Below are positions 8,900 through 17,507 of a stretch of 23,590 nucleotides of DNA, one piece after another. The notes beneath the pieces are model-generated. The model had not been told where the DNA came from, made no database searches, and saw only the letters and a list, made by a program, of their open reading frames with translations. This stretch comes from Candidatus Thorarchaeota archaeon (GTDB lineage Archaea; Asgardarchaeota; Thorarchaeia; Thorarchaeales; Thorarchaeaceae): positions 1 to 23,590 of the forward strand of contig SDNP01000037.1 of the NCBI GenBank assembly GCA_004524445.1, read 5' to 3'. How positions within the stretch are numbered: the stretch's first letter is position 1; each line of letters opens with the position of its first letter. Made by a program: the position numbers and the translations under genes.

Positions 8900-9369
8900 A
8901 CGACAGTCGCGATATAATGAACCAAGGAGTCTGTAGGATTCAGCCATCTATTCCGAGGGCAAACAGACATACACATGATACTGATGCAGATAATAATAGA
9001 CCACCTGGCGCTCTATCCGGGATTGCGGTTGTGATGGTGCTAACAGGAATTCCCCTCTTATCTACTGTTGAGGGCTCCATAGGAGCGGCTATCTCAGGGG
9101 ATTTGCTGCTATCCCTCAAGTATTTGTTTTACTTTGGAACTGGGGTGCTTATGTTTGCAAGCGGATGGGGTCTTGCTCGTCTGAAAAAGTGGGCGCTCTA
9201 TGGTACGATATTGTCTCTCATCACGTTTATTGTTATTGTCTTGGAGGAAGGGGTTTTCAATCCATATCCATTTTCGCTAAAGCGAGTCTGGGCATTCATA
9301 GGGACTGCAATGAATCTGATGATGCTAATCTACCTTTTGAGCCCTGATACTCGTGACCGATTTGAGTGA
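8881..9369 (+). CDS. 4-TM membrane protein, tandem paralogue 1
   Basis: Four hydrophobic segments; shared motifs CRxxPS, PPG.L..IA, SGWGL..LKKW and YLL.P..R..F. Overlaps the regulator by 19 nt. Confidence 0.85.
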   Translation: MGDSNIDDSRDIMNQGVCRIQPSIPRANRHTHDTDADNNRPPGALSGIAVVMVLTGIPLLSTVEGSIGAAISGDLLLSLKYLFYFGTGVLMFASGWGLARLKKWALYGTILSLITFIVIVLEEGVFNPYPFSLKRVWAFIGTAMNLMMLIYLLSPDTRDRFE

Positions 9370-9418
9370 ACCCAAATATGCAGAAATATCGATGTAAGCG
9401 TATAATGGAGGAGACGGA

Positions 9419-9910
9419 ATGAACGACCCTAATGTAGAAGATGGACACAAACTAATGGATGTAGGCGTGTGCAGGATGCAGCCTTCATTTTCAAAAGCGA
9501 ATCATCACACACGAGAATCTGGCATAGCTGACGGACCCCCACCGGGCGGTCTATCTGCCATTGCAATCGTACTGGTTGCAATCGGAATTGAAAACCTGAT
9601 TTTTGGACTTCCAGATCCTATGTTATTTATCGGTTTAGTGGACTTTGTTGGCATTGCATTTGCTCTCGTCAGAAGCGGAACTGGATTGCTTATGTTGGTT
9701 AGCGGATGGGGTCTTGCTCGCTGGAAGAAGTGGGGTTTTTATGGTGCAATAGTATCCAACGGCATACTGCTCGCGTATATTCTCATCGGCGCAGCTTTTA
9801 GCTTGGTCTATTGTTCAATACACCCAGTTTGGACAGTGGCAGGTATCGCAATGATTTTGATAATCATACATTATCTTCTACGCCCCGATATTCGTACTAG
9901 GTTTCAATAG
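9419..9910 (+). CDS. 4-TM membrane protein, tandem paralogue 2
   Basis: Same motifs (CRMQPS, PPGGL, SGWGLARWKKWG, YLLRPDIRTRF). GGAGG RBS upstream. Confidence 0.85.
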   Translation: MNDPNVEDGHKLMDVGVCRMQPSFSKANHHTRESGIADGPPPGGLSAIAIVLVAIGIENLIFGLPDPMLFIGLVDFVGIAFALVRSGTGLLMLVSGWGLARWKKWGFYGAIVSNGILLAYILIGAAFSLVYCSIHPVWTVAGIAMILIIIHYLLRPDIRTRFQ

Positions 9911-9967
9911 GTAGGATGCAGTTATTATGGGTAAGAGTCATCTAGAAACACTGACGGAGAGTCTGAA

Positions 9968-10474
9968 ATGAAAGCGCCTCGTGTGGAAGATACGTCACGT
10001 CAAACGAATCTGAGATTCTGTCGAATACATCCATCGTTTTCGACAGCAGATAGAAACTCGCAGCAAACTGCTAAAGGCGGTGAAAAACCCCCCTCTGGTT
10101 TAACTCTAATCGCTTTTTTGTTGTTGTTAAGTGGAGCAATGAATCTGGGATATGCTGCACTAGACATTACTACTGCAATCGCATCTGGCAATGGCCTGAG
10201 AGTTGTATTTGAGTCTGGTATCATTGGACTAGGCATTATTATGATCCTGAGTGGATGGGGCCTTGGCAATTGGAAACGATGGGGGATATTGGGAGCAATT
10301 GTAGCCAATATCTTATTGGCGGGATTTGCCACGCTCGGGGTGATTTTTGATCTTGACCCGACCAGTCCATTTTACATCCCTTCAGATCCTGTATATGCAA
10401 TTATTAGCATAGCAACCAGCCTAATCATAATATTCTACCTCGTGAGGCCCGAAATTCGCCATAAATTTGATTAG
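9968..10474 (+). CDS. 4-TM membrane protein, tandem paralogue 3
   Basis: Motifs CRIHPS, PPSGL, SGWGLGNWKRWG and YLVRPEIRHKF. GGAG RBS upstream. Confidence 0.85.
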   Translation: MKAPRVEDTSRQTNLRFCRIHPSFSTADRNSQQTAKGGEKPPSGLTLIAFLLLLSGAMNLGYAALDITTAIASGNGLRVVFESGIIGLGIIMILSGWGLGNWKRWGILGAIVANILLAGFATLGVIFDLDPTSPFYIPSDPVYAIISIATSLIIIFYLVRPEIRHKFD

Positions 10475-10529
10475 ATTCTGGTGTTAGAATAAGGTGAATG
10501 TCTTCGTTAATTTCAAAGAAGAGTCGAAA

Positions 10530-10964
10530 ATGGGGAACAAAAGCAACGAATCGAACGAATGGTTGGAAGAAGAAAAGGGTCCAGAGAAACCGGCTGGGTT
10601 GACAGCGATCACCGTGCTACTTGTCATTAGTGGTGTTCAGTATGTCATCTCAGGTTCTTCTTGGTTGTTAGACTTCACGGCTGCCTATTACACTATTGTT
10701 TCTGCTATGATGCTAGTACTGGGAGTGGCGTTCATAATAGTGGGTAGAGGACTAGCAAACTGGAGAAGATGGGCTCTCTTAGGGGCAATTGTCATCAGCA
10801 GTCTGACACTATTCCTTACTATTGGAGTAGTCATTACGGGTATCTACGCATTTGACTATTCAATCATCCTCGGGATTGTCATCAATCTCACAATTATTCT
10901 CTATCTAATAAGGCCAGAAATAAGAGCTCAATTCGAGCAATACGGATATTCTTCTTCTCAGTGA
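10530..10964 (+). CDS. 4-TM membrane protein, tandem paralogue 4 (short N-terminus, no Cys motif)
   Basis: Motifs KPAGL, GRGLANWRRWA and YLIRPEIRAQF. The ATG at 10530 has a leader (gaagagtcgaaaatg) resembling that of paralogue 3. An alternative GTG start is at 10494. Confidence 0.8.
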   Translation: MGNKSNESNEWLEEEKGPEKPAGLTAITVLLVISGVQYVISGSSWLLDFTAAYYTIVSAMMLVLGVAFIIVGRGLANWRRWALLGAIVISSLTLFLTIGVVITGIYAFDYSIILGIVINLTIILYLIRPEIRAQFEQYGYSSSQ

Positions 10965-11061
10965 TGATGTGCTTGCATTTATTGAGACAGAGACAGCTAC
11001 CAGTTGATTAACTACTTCAGTCTATTTTCGTGTGTTGACTCATCACGGATTTTGAAACACA

Positions 11062-11385
11062 TCATGTTTCCTTAAGAGGTGTGACTCTTATGGTATCCAC
11101 TTTCTTCTCCTCGTATAGCTCGGAAAACTGCTCGGGAGATAAAATCTCCTTCAGCTTCTCTTTCGCACCACTTTTCATCCGGTGTGAGATATAGGTTGCT
11201 CTCTTTACTTTGACCGGGACCTCAGACACGTCAAACTCATCCTGACTGTATTTACGCAATGTTATCTCCATATAGTCCCTCAGCTTCTCAAGTTGCTCTT
11301 CAATTGCATCTCTCTCCTTATCCAACTCATAATATTCTTGACAAACCTCTCTCATTTCCTCCTCAAATCTGTCTTGGAGACTCAT
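11062..11385 (-). CDS. Hypothetical 107-aa charged coiled-coil protein
   Basis: Clean ATG ORF with an N-terminal heptad pattern (EYYELDKERDAIEEQLEKLRDYM) followed by a small beta/alpha segment. Confidence 0.7.
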   Translation of the reverse strand: MSLQDRFEEEMREVCQEYYELDKERDAIEEQLEKLRDYMEITLRKYSQDEFDVSEVPVKVKRATYISHRMKSGAKEKLKEILSPEQFSELYEEKKVDTIRVTPLKET

Positions 11386-11591
11386 ATTACAACCCTGATT
11401 GTGGTGTCATGAACCATTTTTAGTCTAATTCAACTTGAACATTTTTTAAGAAGCGGTTATTCAAGCATCATCAGACGCCATCCCTCAACTTTCATGTCCT
11501 ACTTCAACGCGACTAAGACCACTTAACGTTATATTGTGATTCTGGATCGAAGAAACTAGTCACATGATACAAGACAGGAATCAATTCAGCT

Positions 11592-11813
11592 ATGACAGAA
11601 GGAGCAAAGACTACAGGGCGCTATGAGAACGCAGAAACTCACAGATTCTGGTCAGCCAAGATAATTGGCACTTTTGTCACCATCTCGTTTGGCAATATTG
11701 GAACCTCTGGGCATCGTGCATCCAGAGAATTTGGCACTCCCCAAGCAGCGGAGCGTTTTGTCATTGAACAGGTAAAGAGCAAAATTGCTGAGGGATTCAG
11801 AAAAGTGGATTAA
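11592..11813 (+). CDS. Stand-alone WGR-domain protein
   Basis: RFWS...VTISFGNIGTSG...F.T..AA....KSKIAEGF matches the WGR fold pattern, with the WGR tripeptide reading FGN. Confidence 0.8.
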   Translation: MTEGAKTTGRYENAETHRFWSAKIIGTFVTISFGNIGTSGHRASREFGTPQAAERFVIEQVKSKIAEGFRKVD

Positions 11814-11918
11814 ACATGGGATCTTCGATTTATTCGAAAATAGATTTCTCACGGTTTTTGATGTGGAGTAAGACATTTCAGTGGTCACCTATGAGCATTA
11901 AACCGAGGAGCCAGATCA

Positions 11919-13154
11919 ATGAATGTAACGCATCTTGATTTGACAGCGGAAATATGTCCCGATACATCTCACATTCATGTTGAGGGCGACGTGGTATTCA
12001 GTGGTTTCGGCAGCAGAATCACGTTCATACTTAATCCATCATTAGAGCTAATAAAAATTGAAGCCGATTCTAATGGAAAACAAATCCCATTGGAAGCCAC
12101 CGAGGTTAGACCCTCATCTGATTTGTTTGTGCCCGCTGCACAATATGAGGTAGAGCTATCCGATGACTTGGTTGATGAGCAAGAAATCAAAGTTCACGTA
12201 GAATATGAAGGAAGAATCTACCGATATCTCTTTGATACTAGTAGAATCAGATCAGATTTTGTAGAGCTTGCTATCTATGCCATTTGGTATCCCATGGTTG
12301 ACTTTAGCGACCGTCCATCCTACATATTACGGCTCCATGCGCCATCTGATTGGATTTGGATAACAAATGGGAATCAGGTAGATGAAAGGCCACCAACATG
12401 GAAAGCAGAGGGGCATGCAACTGATATCACACTTCATGGGCGGCCTAAGTCCAATGCAATTGACTCACAGCAGAGCGATTTGTTTTGGGGTGAGCCTCGA
12501 AACCTAGAGCAATTGAAACCCCTTGAGAAGAAGTTCAAAAATCTTCAGTCCGCTCTTGTATCATGGCTTGGTAGTCCAGACAACGAATCTTTGAGAATAA
12601 TACTGGTTCCACGAGATTTTGGTGGAGGTTACGCAAGAAAGAATCTCATTGTGATACAAGATGATGTTGTTGAAGAATTGGAGAATAATGAACAGGCAAT
12701 CATAGAATACTGGGGACACGAGTTCGCGCATTCGTGGTTCATGAAGACCACGGTTGGGGACTACCATAACTGGATAGATGAGGCGTTTGCCACATACGCA
12801 TCACTTCTAGCAACGGAAAAAATCTATGGGAAAACAGAATTTGACCATAGAATAGAGAAATATCGAAAACGGATTGCGGAGGCGGAAGACTTGTCCTCGA
12901 TAAAATCCATCAAGCGCCAAGATCCAAATGCTCAACTGGTCTACTATGTATATGGTACTCTTATCCTCCATGCGATACGCGAACTGATTGGACGAGAGAA
13001 ATTCATCGAATTCATGCAGAGATTTGCACAGAAATGTCTCGAAGAAGACAATATAATCACTGATGACTTGATTGAGGCTCTCGAAACGACCACGGGAAGC
13101 AAATGGGCACCCTTTATCGACGAGAAGTTGTCTATGAAACCGAAGCCTCTCTGA
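11919..13154 (+). CDS. M1-family (gluzincin) zinc metallopeptidase
   Basis: Motifs HEFAHSWF, NWIDEAFATY, YYVYG.LIL..IR..IG and WYP. GAGGAG RBS upstream; no signal peptide is evident. Confidence 0.85.
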   Translation: MNVTHLDLTAEICPDTSHIHVEGDVVFSGFGSRITFILNPSLELIKIEADSNGKQIPLEATEVRPSSDLFVPAAQYEVELSDDLVDEQEIKVHVEYEGRIYRYLFDTSRIRSDFVELAIYAIWYPMVDFSDRPSYILRLHAPSDWIWITNGNQVDERPPTWKAEGHATDITLHGRPKSNAIDSQQSDLFWGEPRNLEQLKPLEKKFKNLQSALVSWLGSPDNESLRIILVPRDFGGGYARKNLIVIQDDVVEELENNEQAIIEYWGHEFAHSWFMKTTVGDYHNWIDEAFATYASLLATEKIYGKTEFDHRIEKYRKRIAEAEDLSSIKSIKRQDPNAQLVYYVYGTLILHAIRELIGREKFIEFMQRFAQKCLEEDNIITDDLIEALETTTGSKWAPFIDEKLSMKPKPL

Positions 13155-13289
13155 ATCTACCGTCTGTGGTCTGAATCCAGTAATTGCAGCTCATCGGGCT
13201 TGAATAAGTTGATAAACGGAGGAGCTCGGAGTGCTTGAGAATCATTGTTTTATGGGTTTCGTTTTCGTTCTGTAAGTGAGGCAAGTAAG

Positions 13290-14057
13290 ATGGACCGACC
13301 GAAAGTAGTTGTATACACCGTAGCTTCGGTTGACGGAAGAGTGGCAATAGCTCCCAATAAGACCATGTTTGATGGTGACAATCGATTTGATAGTTTCATC
13401 ACGAAGCCTGAAATCGATGTTCAGGAGCATTTGTTTACTATTCACCAGCCGACCGTCATTATGGAAGGAAGTGGTTCATTTGTTCCAGAGAATAAAGAAC
13501 CAGGGCCGCTTCCGCGAAGTGATATTGAAGAATCCAAACTCTACAGGGATTTTCTGCCAAAGGACGTTGTGAATAACGAAGATCGAGCAGGCTGGTGTGT
13601 CGCAGTTGACGGTAGAGGAAGAATGAGAAATTGGGCCAAGACGTTTGATGACTTGCCTGGATGGCACATTTTGATTCTTGTTGGGTATCATACTCCAGTT
13701 GGGTACTTGGCATATCTTCAACGAGAAAAGATTCCTTATCTTATTGCTGGGGAAGGACAAGTCGACTTGAACGCTGTTTTCGTGAAACTGAAGTCCAAGC
13801 TGGGGGTTGAATGTATTCTCTCAACCGCGGGTGGCAAGCTGAATGGTGCCCTTCTCAGAGCCGGTATTATAGACGAGGTGAATATCGTCTTTCATCCTGG
13901 ACTCGTAGGCGGAACGAATACCCCCATCCTTTACCAGTCCTCCGATTTGAATGATGATGAAAAACCGACAAGGCTAGAGTTAGTTTCAGTCCATGCAGAT
14001 GGGGGTGGCGGTGTTTGGCTTCGTTATTTTGTAAAACAGAAGCACACCAATCTCTGA
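13290..14057 (+). CDS. RibD C-terminal/DHFR-like reductase
   Basis: Motifs RPKVVVY..ASVDGR, AVDGRG, GGKLNGALLRAGIIDEV and VWLRY. The ATG at 13290 is preferred to 13245. Confidence 0.85.
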   Translation: MDRPKVVVYTVASVDGRVAIAPNKTMFDGDNRFDSFITKPEIDVQEHLFTIHQPTVIMEGSGSFVPENKEPGPLPRSDIEESKLYRDFLPKDVVNNEDRAGWCVAVDGRGRMRNWAKTFDDLPGWHILILVGYHTPVGYLAYLQREKIPYLIAGEGQVDLNAVFVKLKSKLGVECILSTAGGKLNGALLRAGIIDEVNIVFHPGLVGGTNTPILYQSSDLNDDEKPTRLELVSVHADGGGGVWLRYFVKQKHTNL

Positions 14058-14145
14058 TGTGATAGGAATGAAGGCAGATTGACGGGTTCTTTCATCCTAT
14101 CCAGCGCCCATAATCCTTTTACCAAACGCTGGTGAAAAATCTAGT

Positions 14146-14565
14146 ATGAAGAGCCATACTAAGTATCTGACTTTCAATGTACCAAAACGGATGGACTTTG
14201 TGCACATAACTCCGCAGATCCAAGATGCTGTCGTAGAAAGCGGTGTTGCGGAGGGACTCTGTCTTGTTAATCCTATGCACATAACAGCAAGCGTCTTCAT
14301 AAATGATAATGAGGGCGGTCTCCATGAGGATTACAAGCGTTGGCTCGAGAATCTTGCTCCTCATGAGCCAATCAGCCAGTACAAGCACAATCGCACTGGA
14401 GAGGATAATGGAGACGCCCATCTCAAACGCCAGATCATGGGCCGAGAGGTTGTCGTTGCAATAACAAATGGGAAGCTGGACCTGGGCACGTGGGAAAGAA
14501 TCTTCTATGGCGAGTTTGATGGCCGTCGTTCCAAACGCGTACTTGTCAAAATCATTGGGGAATAG
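14146..14565 (+). CDS. yjbQ: YjbQ/UPF0047 family protein (secondary thiamine-phosphate synthase-like)
   Basis: Motifs [23 protein letters not shown] and [17 protein letters not shown]. Confidence 0.9.
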   Translation: MKSHTKYLTFNVPKRMDFVHITPQIQDAVVESGVAEGLCLVNPMHITASVFINDNEGGLHEDYKRWLENLAPHEPISQYKHNRTGEDNGDAHLKRQIMGREVVVAITNGKLDLGTWERIFYGEFDGRRSKRVLVKIIGE

Positions 14566-14769
14566 AGAATCTAGGCAATCATTTCACGTGTGGACTGGAC
14601 GGTTTGCGTTTATTCATGCGCTCTGCCGGGTGGTAGATGGTGCTTCGCATTTGACGGTGGCATGAGTAAGTACTTCCAAATAGCTCAGTATGAATTGAAA
14701 GATGGCACAGAAATGTTAGTCTTGGAACAGAGCAATATTCCAGTACAGAATAAAGTCGTTGGATTCTGG

Positions 14770-15879
14770 TCAGTTTGAGAGTTCCTTTAAATCCAATTCA
14801 CTGACACGTCTTCTAATCGATTTTCCAATTTCTTCTATGTGTTTTCTAATCTCCTCTATCTCCCTACGTTTACGGACGACCTCGATCTCCTTACGGGCCT
14901 CCGTGGCCTTGTACTGCTGATATGCCTCTTCCCACTCATCTCTTGTTTCCTTTAACTGTTCTCGTAGGTGATTGTACATGATCTTCTTGACATGAACTGT
15001 GTTCTTCCATTTGAGCAATTTAGATTCTATTTCTGAATTTGCATGAGCAAGTTCTTCTTGTTTGGTGAGTAGCTCCTCCCGCAACGTCATTAATTCGGAC
15101 ATCTGCTCACTTATTTCATCCTCTCGCAGATGGGGCGAGTCTACCGCCATTGATGTGAAGGGATCTATTTCAGGAACACTGCTACCCGCTGGACTTGTGG
15201 TTTCTTCTGCAGATGTTATCTCGGGCGTGGAAGTGGGAGTGGAGATAACATCATAGGTAGTAACTCCTTCCATTTTTTCCTCCTTCGCCTCCATTGGTTC
15301 TTTCTCTTTCGGTTCGGTGAGACTGGGCTCTACTTTCTCAAGCATCATTCTGGTCAATTCTTCGAAGATTTTATCGATATTTTCACCAGTCAACGCGGAG
15401 CTTTCCATGAAAACAGCTTCCACATCTAGCTTGTCACTGATTCTCTCAGTGAATTCTTGCCCCTCTTCAGTTGAAACAGTCTTGTCCTCGGGGTGTTTCG
15501 GGCGAAGGTCTATCTTGTTTCCGACTATAATGATTGGAGGTAGGTTCTCTACGTAGCCGTGGGCCTCAACAAGCCACTTGGAAGCGTCATCGAATGTCTG
15601 CCTATCCACCACCGAATATGCGAGAATGATTCCACTACTCCCCTCATAGTACCGCCGTCGGAGCTTCTGGAAGAGTGGCTGTCCTGCTATATCCCAGATA
15701 ATCAGGTTCGTGGGGATGCCCTCGTATTCTAATTTCTTCTGGGCAAAGTCAACACCGAGCGTTGGAATGTAGCTCGCTTTGAAACCACCTCCCAAGTATT
15801 TCTCGCGGATGCTTGTCTTACCGACGTATCCGTTTCCTATCAGGCAAACCTTGAATTGCCTTCCACCCACTTGGCTCAC
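14770..15879 (-). CDS. Rab-like small GTPase with an S/T/P/E linker and C-terminal coiled coil
   Basis: G1 GNGYVGKTS, G2 YIPTLGVDF, G3 WDIAGQ, G4 NKID, G5 SSAL, followed by a ~190-aa extension. GTG start with GAGGAG upstream. Confidence 0.9.
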   Translation of the reverse strand: MSQVGGRQFKVCLIGNGYVGKTSIREKYLGGGFKASYIPTLGVDFAQKKLEYEGIPTNLIIWDIAGQPLFQKLRRRYYEGSSGIILAYSVVDRQTFDDASKWLVEAHGYVENLPPIIIVGNKIDLRPKHPEDKTVSTEEGQEFTERISDKLDVEAVFMESSALTGENIDKIFEELTRMMLEKVEPSLTEPKEKEPMEAKEEKMEGVTTYDVISTPTSTPEITSAEETTSPAGSSVPEIDPFTSMAVDSPHLREDEISEQMSELMTLREELLTKQEELAHANSEIESKLLKWKNTVHVKKIMYNHLREQLKETRDEWEEAYQQYKATEARKEIEVVRKRREIEEIRKHIEEIGKSIRRRVSELDLKELSN

Positions 15880-16173
15880 CTTTTCTTCTCCTCACGTTTC
15901 TGCGGTGGTCGTAATGACCTTATTATCTCCTGCAGTTTATAGACTTATTGCGGATACGCGAATGTGCATTTCAAGGGGCTCGGCTTACCAAAAAAGAAAA
16001 ATTTTATCGAATTATCAAAAACCATAGCGAATTATGCTCAATCCTACCAAGTTTCACCGCGAATACCAATTCAGCCATTAAGGGGGATTGGGGTTGGTAA
16101 AACCGAGTTTAGTAAAAACCTCTCCACTGGGTATGTTATATATTCAGAGGATAATGCAAAATTGGGATTGGTC

Positions 16174-16650
16174 ATGCATCCAGAAGAGAACAGACAAGAC
16201 CTCGAAGAAGAAGTATTCCAAACGCTCAGTCATCAAATACGAAGAGATATTCTAAGAGTCATTGGTGAGAGCAAAGGGGCAACATTCACTGAAATTAAGA
16301 ACAAGACAGGAATTGAAGAGAGTGCATCCCTTTCATATCATCTTCGTGAACTGGGCACCCTGTTGATTCATGAGGAGGACCAGTACAAGCTATCTGACCT
16401 TGGAAAAGACGCATACTCCCTTCTAAACAAGGTCACCACGTACTCTTCATCGAGTGCTGCTCTTGGTATCATCAAACAGAGGGTTAGGTCAACTATTATC
16501 GCTAATGCCTTACTATGGGCATCAGCACTAGCGTATCTCATTGTTGTTGAGAGTCCGCTCGAGTTTCTGACATTGAGTGTTTTTACATCGTTATTTGTTG
16601 TCAGCAACATAATCCTCTACTCAATCATGCAGTATACGAAATACCAATGA
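16174..16650 (+). CDS. ArsR-like winged-HTH regulator with two C-terminal TM helices
   Basis: wHTH segment VFQTLSHQIRRDILRVI...TFTEIK...SLSYHLREL...YKLSDLGK followed by two hydrophobic helices. The ATG at 16174 is preferred to 15964. Confidence 0.82.
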   Translation: MHPEENRQDLEEEVFQTLSHQIRRDILRVIGESKGATFTEIKNKTGIEESASLSYHLRELGTLLIHEEDQYKLSDLGKDAYSLLNKVTTYSSSSAALGIIKQRVRSTIIANALLWASALAYLIVVESPLEFLTLSVFTSLFVVSNIILYSIMQYTKYQ

Positions 16651-16751
16651 ACTAGTAAATGGCCAACGAAATGAGTATAGGCGACGGTAAATCTCCTTCC
16701 CAGCTGGATTTATAGGTGATATTTGTAAGCCTTTTTCGGTTGGGAAAAATA

Positions 16752-17429
16752 ATGACTAAGGTTCTTGTAGTAAACGGGAGTCCAAGAATGGAGAAGGGAA
16801 ATACAGCGCGAGTTCTTGTTCCTTTCATACAAGGAATGAAAGAAGCGGGTGCAGATATTGATTTGATATACGCAAAGAAGATGAATATCAAAGGCTGCAT
16901 CGGAGAATTCCATTGCTGGAGGGAGAAGATTGGAGAATGTATCTTCAGAGATGATATGGATGATCTCTATCCCCTTCTTAAGCAGTCGGATATTTTTGTG
17001 ATTGCCACTCCTGTGTACATTCCTTTGCCTGGAGAGATGCAGGATTTGATAAATAGGCTCTGTCCCCTGCTTGATCCCACCCTTGAGTTTCGTAACGGGC
17101 GAACCCGTATTCGGTTCCGCAAAGATGTAAACATATCCAAAATCGTCTTGGTGGGTACAAGTGGTTGGTGGGAGATCCAGAATCTTGACACTATTCTAAG
17201 AATTGCAGAGGAGATTGCGTTGGATGCCAGTGTTGAATTTACAGGAGCAATACTCCGCCCTCATTCTTCTCTTATGACACAAGAAAATGAGAAAACTAGG
17301 GAAGTATACGATTCACTCCGTGCCGTGGGACGACAATTGATAGCTGAAGGAAAGATGGATAGGAACCTGTTGAAGACTATCAGTCAACCTCTGGTCACTA
17401 GAGAAGAATACTTTGGTCTTGAGGATTAG
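16752..17429 (+). CDS. Multimeric flavodoxin/iron-sulfur flavoprotein-like protein (NADPH-dependent FMN reductase family)
   Basis: Motifs VLVVNGSPR..KGNT, CIGEFHCW...C...DDM and ATPVY. ATG at 16752. Confidence 0.85.
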   Translation: MTKVLVVNGSPRMEKGNTARVLVPFIQGMKEAGADIDLIYAKKMNIKGCIGEFHCWREKIGECIFRDDMDDLYPLLKQSDIFVIATPVYIPLPGEMQDLINRLCPLLDPTLEFRNGRTRIRFRKDVNISKIVLVGTSGWWEIQNLDTILRIAEEIALDASVEFTGAILRPHSSLMTQENEKTREVYDSLRAVGRQLIAEGKMDRNLLKTISQPLVTREEYFGLED

Positions 17430-17507
17430 TACAACACTCTTCAATCAGTCTTGCCGGGAGCGCTTTCAAAGAACCAGAAATAGGACTTCATCAGTTTCTC
17501 CAGTATA

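Noticed and set aside
8881-10964. Diversity-generating retroelement or recombinational cassette behind the paralogue array
   Set aside because: There is no reverse transcriptase or recombinase and no near-identical DNA repeats. Divergence is spread across the genes.
15979-16107. MITE bounded by imperfect inverted repeats
   Set aside because: The repeats are short and imperfect, with no target-site duplication and no second copy in the window.
15964-16173. 70-aa N-terminal extension of the wHTH ORF containing P-loop-like GIGVGKT
   Set aside because: The region is the divergent promoter spacer, there is no other NTPase motif, and the wHTH domain starts right after the ATG at 16174.
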